Notes under the pieces: generated by a model
The model's input: the letters and a program-made list of their open reading frames with translations, nothing else
Database searches by the model: none
What the model was told of the DNA's origin: nothing
In this document: positions 1 to 8,597 of the stretch, one piece after another
Layout of the letters: every line of letters begins with the position of its first letter
Numbering within the stretch: the stretch's first letter is position 1
Virus record (IMG/VR): IMGVR_UViG_3300023077_000001
Coordinates: 1-51,215 of that record
DNA from: a virus
Taxonomy: Duplodnaviria > Caudoviricetes
Reading direction: 5' to 3' (one strand)
DNA: 51,215 bases
Made by a program: the position numbers and the translations under genes

Positions 1-129
1 ATAGCTGTCGAAGTGAGTGACAAGGGCCGTGAGAATGGAGTTTTCGCACCCCACGGCATCTTTTGCCTGGCTAACGGCCAAGTGGTCATCACGCTTAATC
101 AGTAATAGCGCTATTTGAGACGGGGTCAT
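1..129 (-). CDS. Hypothetical protein, runs off window start
   Basis: Manually read ORF MTPSQIALLLIKRDDHLAVSQ..., same strand as neighbours; not in ORF track. Confidence 0.35.
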   Translation of the reverse strand, partial: MTPSQIALLLIKRDDHLAVSQAKDAVGCENSILTALVTHFDSY

Positions 130-171
130 CGTGGTCGATTTTTAAAAAGTTCATGCTTTGGTAAGGTTATG

Positions 172-471
172 TCACGCTTCCTTGTACTCTTCCGGGAACC
201 GGCTACCTGCCCACAGTATGGGCTTGGAGAGTGCTGCGGTCATCTTTTGCAATGTATGCTCCAGCTCCTTGACTGACTGACCGTGGATGGCCGGGGCTTT
301 TCCATGGTAGTATAGCAGCCTGCCATTGGCGTGTGCCACGATATTGATGGTGAAGTACGGCTCGTTGCTATCGGGGTCAGTGTTGGCCAGTACGCGGTAC
401 TGGTAATGCTGCTCGTCTGGTATTATGCCACTTGCCGTGTTGGTGTTTTGGTCAGTGGTGTTAGGATGCAT
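172..471 (-). CDS. Hypothetical phage protein
   Basis: 99-aa ORF in a co-oriented gene run. Confidence 0.7.
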   Translation of the reverse strand: MHPNTTDQNTNTASGIIPDEQHYQYRVLANTDPDSNEPYFTINIVAHANGRLLYYHGKAPAIHGQSVKELEHTLQKMTAALSKPILWAGSRFPEEYKEA

Positions 472-493
472 GGTGTGTTGTATTTTGAAAGGT

Positions 494-688
494 TCAGGTG
501 AATTTTACTTGTTCCAATTCGCGACCAAGCTCATTGATTACCTTCTCGATCTGCTTAATTCTTTTCTTGCCGGGTGTTTTCAGGCCGCAGGCGTATTGTC
601 TGAAAAGGCTGTGGTTTATGCCAAGTCTATCGGCTACTTCCCTTTGGCTGATGTAGTGGCATTTGATAAAGAAGGTTTGGATGTCCAT
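494..688 (-). CDS. Small helix-turn-helix DNA-binding protein
   Basis: Start moved to ATG 688 (MDIQTFF); ISQREVADRLGINHSLFRQYACG is an XRE-like HTH; the longer track ORF overlaps the next gene. Confidence 0.7.
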   Translation of the reverse strand: MDIQTFFIKCHYISQREVADRLGINHSLFRQYACGLKTPGKKRIKQIEKVINELGRELEQVKFT

Positions 689-698
689 TTTGCAGGTT

Positions 699-1055
699 TT
701 AGTTTTCCGGCTCCTCCTCGTTTCTGGCCAGGTATATCCAGAGGGCTTCCCGAATAGTCGGCGCCCATTGGTGTTTACGGGCAAAAATATGGAATGTGCC
801 TTCGACGGGGCCGTCGATAGGTACCGGTGACATTCCTGCGTTTGTAACGGCGAAGCGGCCGTCGTCGTCGTATAACACCTGTGGGCACCAGCCGAAGTGG
901 GTAACTGTTTCAATGATGAAGTCGCAGGGATATTCGTTAAACTTGTTTTTGAGGGCTTCGTGGATTTCTGCTTCCAGGCGGTCAGCGCCGACCGGGTCCT
1001 TTTCAAGGATGGTGTTTCGCAGGTTTCGCAGATTGATTATTTCGGCTATTGTCAT
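699..1055 (-). CDS. Hypothetical phage protein
   Basis: 118-aa ORF tiling with neighbours. Confidence 0.7.
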   Translation of the reverse strand: MTIAEIINLRNLRNTILEKDPVGADRLEAEIHEALKNKFNEYPCDFIIETVTHFGWCPQVLYDDDGRFAVTNAGMSPVPIDGPVEGTFHIFARKHQWAPTIREALWIYLARNEEEPEN

Positions 1056-1089
1056 GGTTGATTATGTACACTAAGCTACGTTTTTTTGT

Positions 1090-1362
1090 TCAGTTTAGTA
1101 CGGCTTCGAGGGCCTCGCGGGCGACGGTTGAGAAGTTTTTGTAAAATTCGATCATGTTTTCGATGGTCAGCTCGCCGTCTGCAAACTGCTTTTCGTATTC
1201 ACTGGCAGTCTTGTATGCATCCGACAGGCAATAGTAGGTTCGTATGGTGTATTCCTTGCCATCGCTGCCGGTCACGAGCAGGTGATAGATTTCTTTGGCG
1301 CCGGTATTGATGCAATGCGGGCCAGTATTGGGGCGTAGTTCGATACGTATGAGGTCAGGCAT
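1090..1362 (-). CDS. Hypothetical phage protein
   Basis: 90-aa ORF tiling with neighbours. Confidence 0.7.
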   Translation of the reverse strand: MPDLIRIELRPNTGPHCINTGAKEIYHLLVTGSDGKEYTIRTYYCLSDAYKTASEYEKQFADGELTIENMIEFYKNFSTVAREALEAVLN

Positions 1363-1391
1363 AAGTGAAGTTTTCGTTGTTTGAAGTGGTT

Positions 1392-1865
1392 TCAGATATC
1401 TGCTTCCCGGTTATTCTCTGCGGTTCGTTGTTGTAGAGCGAGCTTCTTTTTGAGAATTTCCGCAAACCCCTCTTCAAAGATTATGTTTTCGGGAATGGGT
1501 ATTGAACTAAACATCCAGGCAAAGTCTTCGACACTGTACCCGCTCAACGGTGTTGAACCAGCGACAAAAGGCACGATAAATTCGGTACCATACAACCGGT
1601 ATTCCCAGTACGCATGTTCGTAAAGTGATATGATCTGCCGGACAATGTATATATTCGGGATGGAAGGATGTGTTTTCTTTGTCAGGTCTTTGGTAATGAT
1701 GCAGTAGCAGCGTCCGTATCGGCCTTTGCTACAGCCATGTGGAAGGCCAAGGTTATCGTGCGCCCATTTGGCGATGCCCGCGCCTTGACGCCCTTGTGTG
1801 TTTGTGGTGACGACAAGTACCTGGTTGCCGCTAATGCTGGTAACTTCGCCTTTAAAGGTCTTCAT
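1392..1865 (-). CDS. Macrodomain-like phage protein
   Basis: Start moved to ATG 1865; NQVLVVTTNTQGRQGAGIAK...GRYGRCYCIITKD matches the N-x2-G-x2-GAGxA macro-like loop pattern. Confidence 0.6.
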   Translation of the reverse strand: MKTFKGEVTSISGNQVLVVTTNTQGRQGAGIAKWAHDNLGLPHGCSKGRYGRCYCIITKDLTKKTHPSIPNIYIVRQIISLYEHAYWEYRLYGTEFIVPFVAGSTPLSGYSVEDFAWMFSSIPIPENIIFEEGFAEILKKKLALQQRTAENNREADI

Positions 1866-1969
1866 GTTTGTTTTGTTTTTTTGACTCGCTACATTTTTTC
1901 GCCTATCCAGTAATTCCATCTTCCTTCGTCGGTTTTGAACGGTGTAAGCTTTTAAGCATTTTTCACAGA

Positions 1970-2344
1970 TTATGTATTGGTTGCGCAGGTATCGCATAAG
2001 GTTAGTATCCAGGCCCCGCCGAGTCGTCGCTTCACATTTTCGGTTGCGCCGCATTTTTCGCATGTCTGCGCTGTTTGTTTCATCCATTGGTAGATTCGCT
2101 CATCCATTTCTTTGGTTGAGTTGCCAACGTAAAAGCGGCCCGTACCAAATTTTTCTTTTGCCTGCATAATGTGCTTATCCCAGCCCAGGGCAATGAGGTC
2201 TTCTATCAAATCCCGCGTGAGCTGGAGCCAGCCATCTGAGAAGCTGAAAAAGTTGCGTTCCATGATTGGCGTATCGTCATTTCTCCAGCCGTTAATCAGT
2301 CCACCAATCGAGTGTAGGTAAGCTTCGAATTCTTTAGAGGTCAT
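1970..2344 (-). CDS. Conserved phage protein with C-terminal Zn ribbon
   Basis: DGW...QAKEKFGTGRFY...CEKC...CDTC; start moved to ATG 2344. Confidence 0.75.
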   Translation of the reverse strand: MTSKEFEAYLHSIGGLINGWRNDDTPIMERNFFSFSDGWLQLTRDLIEDLIALGWDKHIMQAKEKFGTGRFYVGNSTKEMDERIYQWMKQTAQTCEKCGATENVKRRLGGAWILTLCDTCATNT

Positions 2345-2373
2345 AGCGTGGCGATTTTTGCGTGATAACAATA

Positions 2374-2814
2374 TTAGAGTTCGGAATAATTTATCAACTC
2401 TATGCCGAGCTTCTCTTCAATGTCGATTAGCGTGTCGATAGTAAAATTGTTTTCCCCGCTCAACCATCTTGAGACTGCGGACTGCTTTACGTTCATGAGT
2501 GTTGCCAAATCGTAACCTCTCATTCCCCGGGTTCGCATGGCAACGCGAATGCGGTTCGCAACTATTTGCAACTTTTCCTGTTTTGATAGGCTTTTTTCAC
2601 TGTCCTCCATGACTATGGACGCCTCCTGTGAACGCGGTTGCCACTTAATCAGAACTTCATGACGGTTGGCGATGATATCCACAGGCTCAAAGCCAGCGTT
2701 GTGTTCAGATGGAAAAGCAGACTGCAAGGCTATTAATGCTCTTGCCTTTTTTAGGGAAAACCAGAAGCCGTTTGCTTCAAGGCTCTTTTTGTATTCATTC
2801 AGGAAAGCGTTCAT
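2374..2814 (-). CDS. XRE-family HTH regulator
   Basis: C-terminal DLATLMNVKQSAVSRWLSGENNFTIDTLIDIEEKLG. Confidence 0.85.
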   Translation of the reverse strand: MNAFLNEYKKSLEANGFWFSLKKARALIALQSAFPSEHNAGFEPVDIIANRHEVLIKWQPRSQEASIVMEDSEKSLSKQEKLQIVANRIRVAMRTRGMRGYDLATLMNVKQSAVSRWLSGENNFTIDTLIDIEEKLGIELINYSEL

Positions 2815-2844
2815 TGGATTGTTTGTGGTTGGTATTTAGGTATT

Positions 2845-3093
2845 TCACATGGAACAATGCTTGCAGAAAATCCCGAATGCATCTGCCCAAAGTTTAATGT
2901 CATAGCCTTCGTTTATGTCCTGCTGTACAGTTTGTTTATGCAGCTCGGCGTTTCTCTCAAGCCGAAAGGCACCAAGTATGTATTGGTTGCCTGCATTGTC
3001 TTTGCCTATCACATAGAACTTTTTCCGCGAGATCGGCCCAATAAATGGCAGAGTGATGGGATAGCTGGTAAACGTATAGAGCTGTTCGCGCAT
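2845..3093 (-). CDS. Hypothetical phage protein
   Basis: ORF from ATG 3093 (MREQLYTF). Confidence 0.55.
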   Translation of the reverse strand: MREQLYTFTSYPITLPFIGPISRKKFYVIGKDNAGNQYILGAFRLERNAELHKQTVQQDINEGYDIKLWADAFGIFCKHCSM

Positions 3094-3156
3094 GTTTTCG
3101 GTATTTGGATAATATGATGCGCGGGCCACACAAAGTCCACAACTGCGGTGGACGCT

Positions 3157-3561
3157 CTATGGGCTTGTTCCGGTATCCGCTGGCCAGACTTCATCGAGGT
3201 CTTTTTCAAGCTGCCTGAGCACCCCTTCAAGAAAGTGCACAAATGCCTGCTCTACAGAAGATCCCCAGCCGGAATTGGCAACATTGAATGTAAAAGCGGT
3301 TTGCTCGTTCTCGCGCAGGTGGCTTGTCGGGGACTGCATTCGAAAGATGGGTGTGCCTTCCATGTTTTTTATGGCCATAAGGCATGGTGAAAACCGCAGC
3401 TCGGTCAGAATGAGAATTGTTTCCTGAAACGGGCGTTTATCAAAACCAATAAGAACTTCACGCAGAATGCGCAGGCATAATTTTTTTGCCTCCTTAAATC
3501 TTGATTCGTTTAGCAACCGATTGAAGTGTATCAGTTCGGCTTGCAACTTTACGTTGTCCAT
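3157..3561 (-). CDS. Hypothetical phage protein
   Basis: 134-aa ORF. Confidence 0.65.
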   Translation of the reverse strand: MDNVKLQAELIHFNRLLNESRFKEAKKLCLRILREVLIGFDKRPFQETILILTELRFSPCLMAIKNMEGTPIFRMQSPTSHLRENEQTAFTFNVANSGWGSSVEQAFVHFLEGVLRQLEKDLDEVWPADTGTSP

Positions 3562-3641
3562 ATGAATGTGGCTATTCTTTACGGTTATGGATTAAGATTA
3601 TTATAATTTCTCTTCGTATTTTGGCGGCAAAATCAACCTGC

Positions 3642-4034
3642 ATGCCAACCAAACAGGACCTTTATCAACTTACCAAGGAAATGCTGTTTCAAAAATTCGA
3701 TGGCCTTTGTGCTTTTTGCGGCGACGACCTTTCTGACCGCTGGTGCATTTGGGAAATAAGATCGAGCAAAACGATCATACATTTCACCGGTGAAATGATT
3801 GAAGGAAATGACAGGTACGAAAACAAACTGCCAGCCTGCGCTTCCTGCAATGGCGTCCGAGTTGCGGGCTCGCGTGGGCGGCACGACAAAATGAACATCG
3901 AAGAGTTTCGTGCGTTGCTGGAATTCAAGTTTGAATTCCTTAAGGGCGATGCGCATTACCGTCATGCTTTAAGATTTGGGTTAATAAAAGAAACCGGGGC
4001 TGAGATTGTGTTTCTTTTTGAAAAATACGCATAA
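3642..4034 (+). CDS. HNH-like endonuclease/Zn-finger protein, possibly inactive
   Basis: GLCAFCG and NKLPACASCN motifs; the usual DH motif position reads WCIWEI. Confidence 0.75.
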   Translation: MPTKQDLYQLTKEMLFQKFDGLCAFCGDDLSDRWCIWEIRSSKTIIHFTGEMIEGNDRYENKLPACASCNGVRVAGSRGRHDKMNIEEFRALLEFKFEFLKGDAHYRHALRFGLIKETGAEIVFLFEKYA

Positions 4035-4179
4035 GCATTATTCACAGGAAAAATCAACCACTATGATGTTAGCTCTTCTTTCAGGCGCACAAAAGTTATT
4101 CGTTGCATTATGCCTTACTGCTTTTTTAGTTGCTTTCATTTGGCCCAGAAGGCGCCAGTAGGGAGCCGCGCGCTTGTCA

Positions 4180-4572
4180 CTATCTCTGTTGTGCCCCGTC
4201 ACGAATTGCGACACTGCGTACTGCATTGATCATTGCACTGACCTCAAGAAAAAACGCCTCGCGTTTTATTGTGGCCTTTTCCGGCATCTTATGATTAGTC
4301 AGGAATAGCCATAGGTCGGTGACGAGATTAAATGTATTAGTAAAATCGATACCTCCTTCTGCTAGAAAAGCCTCTCTAACTTTCGAAGCTGCTACCTTTT
4401 CCCAATCAGGTGAGTCCTCATCCTTAATAAGACTAAGGACCCATGTATAACAATCGGCGCAGGTTTTGGCCTGAATGTACGGCTGATGGTTAGGGTGCGC
4501 TTTATGCAGCTCCATCCATTTCTCTGCTTCAGATAGCGCCTCTTCTATGAGGGATCGATTAATAGTGCCCAT
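4180..4572 (-). CDS. Hypothetical phage protein
   Basis: 130-aa ORF. Confidence 0.65.
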   Translation of the reverse strand: MGTINRSLIEEALSEAEKWMELHKAHPNHQPYIQAKTCADCYTWVLSLIKDEDSPDWEKVAASKVREAFLAEGGIDFTNTFNLVTDLWLFLTNHKMPEKATIKREAFFLEVSAMINAVRSVAIRDGAQQR

Positions 4573-4583
4573 ATGTATGCATA

Positions 4584-4907
4584 TTAGAATAAAGGTTTGT
4601 CAGGGGCTTTGTCCTTATTTTGCTTGTATGGAAAAGCTTTAATAGAAAGTTTCCAGGGCGGCAACTCCCCGGAGAAAGCGTTCTCGCAAAACCTTGTCAG
4701 CTCCTGCTTTGTCATATAGTCGCGCATGGCGCGTTGCTCTTCTGTTAATTCAAACTGCCTCACCATTATGGTTACCCATTTTCCACTTACCCCCCCATAT
4801 TTGTACCTAATATTATATTTCGTCTTGTGTAACCTCATTCGCTTTTCAAGCGCATCAAAGGGTCTATTTTCCTCGCAATAAAAACGAAAAAAACTTTTGA
4901 TATCCAT
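4584..4907 (-). CDS. Hypothetical phage protein
   Basis: 107-aa ORF, 11 bp gaps to neighbours. Confidence 0.7.
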   Translation of the reverse strand: MDIKSFFRFYCEENRPFDALEKRMRLHKTKYNIRYKYGGVSGKWVTIMVRQFELTEEQRAMRDYMTKQELTRFCENAFSGELPPWKLSIKAFPYKQNKDKAPDKPLF

Positions 4908-4918
4908 CGCGTAAAAAA

Positions 4919-5215
4919 TTAACTTCCAAATAGCATTTTATCGATTTTTTCCTTAGTTGCCTTTTTGTCGTTGTTCTGAAATTTGCTAAGGGCATTCATG
5001 AGGTAGTCGGGGCGCAGCAGGTCTTCAAACTTCAGGCGGTTGGGTTCGCTCTCGTTCACCCAGGCGGCAAGCAGTTTGCTCTCTTCAGAGGTTATCGTGT
5101 TTTTGAGATGCTTGACTATTAATTGGGCAACAGCGGACCGCTTTTCGCTCGCCTCTACGACCTCCGGTGTGTGGACGTAGTCAGCCAATTGTTCGTAAAA
5201 ATCTTTTTCACGCAT
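4919..5215 (-). CDS. Stand-alone FecR-type anti-sigma N-terminal domain protein
   Basis: LIVKHLKNTITSEESKLLAAWVNESEPNRLKFEDL resembles the N-terminus of Bacteroidota FecR proteins; no TM helix or periplasmic domain. Confidence 0.65.
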   Translation of the reverse strand: MREKDFYEQLADYVHTPEVVEASEKRSAVAQLIVKHLKNTITSEESKLLAAWVNESEPNRLKFEDLLRPDYLMNALSKFQNNDKKATKEKIDKMLFGS

Positions 5216-5282
5216 ATATGAAATCGTTTTTTGTCAAGAGCGATATCGCAGCCGTCGCTTAACTGCAACAGCATATAGGTTG

Positions 5283-5768
5283 TTATATTCCGCCATCTTT
5301 CTGGCGCCGTGGCTTTCCTGTAAACTCGATTAGCTTCGCCCGATAGAGTGCTTCGCGGTTGAGCCAAAATCGGATTGGCACTTTGGTAGCCGCAGCAAGT
5401 TGGGTGGCTATCGCCTCGTCAACGGGCACATCATCGCTGATGAAACGCTTCACGGCTTCTTTAGAGAAACCGAGTCTATCCAAAGACTGAACAGCTAATG
5501 GCATTTCAGTTGGTTCAAAATACTCAAGAACAGTATCCCATGGCCCGGTCAATAATTCCAATTCAACTTTTTTGGTATAGCCTGCAAAATCCGGGGGTGG
5601 GCATCCAAGCCTTCGCAGAAGCTCATGGATGTTTTCTGCCTTATAAAGCACCTGTTCAGGGTTTGCGTCCATGGCTTCACTTGGTGCAGTCAGTGCCATA
5701 AATAGCATCTCTGCAATATCAATGGCTGTTAGGGCGGTTTTATCAGCAACAGTAGGAATATCGGTCAT
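5283..5768 (-). CDS. Protein with C-terminal HigA-like HTH
   Basis: LGFSKEAVKRFISDDVPVDEAIATQLAAATKVPIRFWLNREALY. Confidence 0.65.
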   Translation of the reverse strand: MTDIPTVADKTALTAIDIAEMLFMALTAPSEAMDANPEQVLYKAENIHELLRRLGCPPPDFAGYTKKVELELLTGPWDTVLEYFEPTEMPLAVQSLDRLGFSKEAVKRFISDDVPVDEAIATQLAAATKVPIRFWLNREALYRAKLIEFTGKPRRQKDGGI

Positions 5769-5842
5769 AGTAATGTTTTTTTAGGCAAGAGCCCCGCCCC
5801 TTAGGCGGGAGCTCTCTATCGTAGATTCGGAGGAGACGAGAG

Positions 5843-5879
5843 AAAAACCGGCGGTCTCCGATGCCATACTGACCGCCGG
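5843..5879 (-). terminator. Intrinsic terminator
   Basis: Stem CCGGCGGTC/GACCGCCGG with T-tract on minus strand (A5 at 5843-5847). Confidence 0.6.
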
Positions 5880-5983
5880 CGGTCAACACCACGCGATGGA
5901 CTACTTACGATCCCTGGTAGCCCATCTGAAGCGACAGCAATGCTTCGCGACTTTTTTTATAATTACTCCACATAATGTTTATT

Positions 5984-6688
5984 TCAACTTCGTTTAAGCT
6001 CAGCAATCAATTCGTCGACTACATGTAGCTTGCGAAGGTCCTTGTCAAGTAGTTTCGCATCAAAAAACCATAGATTGATTTTCTCTTTGTCTTTATGGTA
6101 TACCCGGTCGAGTTCGAATTGTAACAGGTCGAGGCAAGGTTCTGCCACCCCAAGCTCAAACGGCGTTTTCCCATTCCCCCAATGGCCTTCCTCGAAATAT
6201 ACCGGTATCGCTACACTGTTACGCCTGTACCACTGGATGAGCAGGGATGGGTTTGCATTGTATGACACCTCCATTCCCTTGTTGAAAAGACTGATACGGC
6301 CCGTTTCGTGATCAAATACGTATGAATAGTTCGTTTCCGTGTATACTTTACTGATAGGCCTTTCCTTTTCCGGTACTACGGTAATGTTTTTCCCTGTAGC
6401 CGCGACCAGGCCGGTGTTGTCGTAGGTGCGGCAGGCGTTAATAATGTCTGTCGGAAATAGGTGGTGCAGCGACTTTAATACGATCTTTACTTTTGATGGG
6501 GCAAAGGTAGTTTTCTCACACCACACCGCTGGCGGCGTATCGAAGTAGACGCCTTCAATTTTATCGGGTACCGGCTCGTCGGGATTTTCGATTGAGTCGT
6601 ATATTCTGCAACGCACTAGTGGGTACATCCCGAATATTTGAACGGTTTCACTTTCCGTTAGTCTATTTTTAATAGCTGTTTGCAACAT
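5984..6688 (-). CDS. Hypothetical phage protein
   Basis: 234-aa ORF, start overlaps upstream stop. Confidence 0.8.
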   Translation of the reverse strand: MLQTAIKNRLTESETVQIFGMYPLVRCRIYDSIENPDEPVPDKIEGVYFDTPPAVWCEKTTFAPSKVKIVLKSLHHLFPTDIINACRTYDNTGLVAATGKNITVVPEKERPISKVYTETNYSYVFDHETGRISLFNKGMEVSYNANPSLLIQWYRRNSVAIPVYFEEGHWGNGKTPFELGVAEPCLDLLQFELDRVYHKDKEKINLWFFDAKLLDKDLRKLHVVDELIAELKRS

Positions 6689-7341
6689 TAGTAAGCGAAT
6701 TTTTCTGTGGTTGATGAAGCTGCGGGATCAGTTGTGGATTGTGCGCAGTCGATACAATCTATAGCGACAATTTTAAAGCGAAATTCGTAGGGAAACTCTT
6801 TTCCTGTTGACTTTATGGGTAGTGTAAGCACAAGCTCCTGACCGACGTTGGATAATATTCTTTGCGCAATCGAGCTTTTGTTATGATCCTCTATTGGATA
6901 GAGTGCTTTGGCGGTCCAGGCGGCAGCGCCAAAATAACCGCCTTCGTTGATGCCAATGTTATCAACCGGTACGATCATGTCCTCAATATGGCCTGCGGCA
7001 GCGATGACGGTGGGAGGCTTGGGCTCGTTGCGTTTCTCGTATGAAATATCTTTATGCACCACCTTCAATTTTTGGCGGTATTGAGTAATTAGTGCACCCT
7101 CCCAGTTAATGGTGGCAGGGGTCAGTAGCTTGTTAGTGATGATGGTAATAATACCGGTGCTGTTTATATGGAACTTGAAGCGCAAGGCGCTGTCCTCGTA
7201 TATCAGCTTTTCACTTTGAGAAGGGGAAATTAACTTGTAGGAATAATTATAAGTGTGACCGCCGAAGTAGGATGCGGTATCACGTGAGGCTGTGCAACTT
7301 AAGAGCACAACCATAAAAGAGAATAGGGTTAACAGTTTCAT
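6688..7341 (-). CDS. Lipoprotein
   Basis: MKLLTLFSFMVVLLSC: signal peptide with lipobox LLSC. Confidence 0.75.
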   Translation of the reverse strand: MKLLTLFSFMVVLLSCTASRDTASYFGGHTYNYSYKLISPSQSEKLIYEDSALRFKFHINSTGIITIITNKLLTPATINWEGALITQYRQKLKVVHKDISYEKRNEPKPPTVIAAAGHIEDMIVPVDNIGINEGGYFGAAAWTAKALYPIEDHNKSSIAQRILSNVGQELVLTLPIKSTGKEFPYEFRFKIVAIDCIDCAQSTTDPAASSTTEKFAY

Positions 7342-7358
7342 TGTGTAGGTATTTGGTG

Positions 7359-7562
7359 TTAGTTATTCTGCTCCTGGACGAAAGCGCTTAAGTAGCTCAC
7401 GATTTTCTGTATATCTTCGACGGAAGGCTCCCCGTCGAAATAGACCTCAATGGCATCATCCGCTGCTTTGGCAAATAGGCAAATGAACGTTAAATTTTTA
7501 AGCCGAATTTGCTGAAGCAATACAGCCATTAAACGTGTGTTTCTTTCGTCCTGTATATCCAT
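7359..7562 (-). CDS. Hypothetical phage protein
   Basis: 67-aa ORF tiling with neighbours. Confidence 0.6.
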   Translation of the reverse strand: MDIQDERNTRLMAVLLQQIRLKNLTFICLFAKAADDAIEVYFDGEPSVEDIQKIVSYLSAFVQEQNN

Positions 7563-7569
7563 ACGCAGA

Positions 7570-7911
7570 TTAAATTTGGTTTAATGCCTCGTTGATTCCC
7601 TTGGCCCATGCCTCTTCCCATGAAGCCGAGCCGCCAAAATCGCCAAGAAAAGGCTGAGGCCCCGGGCCAGTATTAACAAAATAACTGTACTGGCCACGCT
7701 GACGGGGAGCCGGGGCTACGCACACAAAAATTCCCTCTGATCTTAGCCACATACTCACTATAGCCGCGACGGTATTAAAAAAAGCCTCTTCTGGGTTCAT
7801 CCATGATGGCTCAAACATCACGGGCGTAATAGTATACTGATGCTCAAAACCTTTTTCTTTTGCTTTTTCCAAAATGCCCGTAGCCAGGCCAAGCAGTTGC
7901 AATTGTTCCAT
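7570..7911 (-). CDS. Conserved Bacteroidota phage hypothetical protein
   Basis: EKGF...MWLRSEGIFV...SWEEAWAKGINEAL; same pattern as 8572-9081. Confidence 0.7.
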   Translation of the reverse strand: MEQLQLLGLATGILEKAKEKGFEHQYTITPVMFEPSWMNPEEAFFNTVAAIVSMWLRSEGIFVCVAPAPRQRGQYSYFVNTGPGPQPFLGDFGGSASWEEAWAKGINEALNQI

Positions 7912-8273
7912 AAGATAAGTTTATGATACAAAACACAAAGGCGGGCCCAATAGACGTGTGATGCCTAGTAACCAAAGGCCACATCCCGCCTTGTGTTTTG
8001 CATGTGAGGATCGTGCTAGATCACGACTGTGGAAACTGAGGTCACGAATCGCCTTTCATTCGCGGCTTGCATCAGTTAGGTGTCTGGCCATGGGGAAAAT
8101 CGAAACGCGCGCAACGCTTACCTTTTTAAGTTTCCTATTGTCCTTTGCGGGGCGCGTCCCTATTCATGGCGGTTGCCGGCTACCTTGCGGGCTACCAAAA
8201 TTGAAGTTTGAAAGTAAAGGATTTTGCTTTGTTCATAGTGCTTGGTCTGTTAGTACCAGATATCCATGAGTCA

Positions 8274-8597
8274 TTAAATGTTTTTTTTCGTGCGCAGGAC
8301 ACGCTTTGTCCGCTGTTTTGTAGGAAGTTTTCGTTTGGATCGGCTTTCCCGTTCCAGCCTCGCTGCGTCCAACTTACTCGTATATAAAGCAAAGCTAAGC
8401 CGTGAGATTGCTTCAAGAAAGCCTTGCTCTTTCGGGTCCTGGAATGACGGGTGTTCAGCGACGCGGCCAGCCCAATCATAAAGGGAAAATGCGTGCTTCG
8501 TCGCCTCCCTTGCGTCGTACAACGAGCTTTTCTTCACTGGTTTATTGACCGGTATTTTTGTCGCGGCTTTCCTAACTGACTTCTTTGCTTTCGGCAT
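8274..8597 (-). CDS. Basic hypothetical protein
   Basis: Lys/Arg-rich termini, 107 aa. Confidence 0.6.
   Translation of the reverse strand: MPKAKKSVRKAATKIPVNKPVKKSSLYDAREATKHAFSLYDWAGRVAEHPSFQDPKEQGFLEAISRLSFALYTSKLDAARLERESRSKRKLPTKQRTKRVLRTKKNI

Noticed and set aside
425-1310. Plus-strand ORFs overlapping the left-arm genes
   Set aside because: Minus-strand ORFs tile the region cleanly; the plus-strand frames have atypical composition
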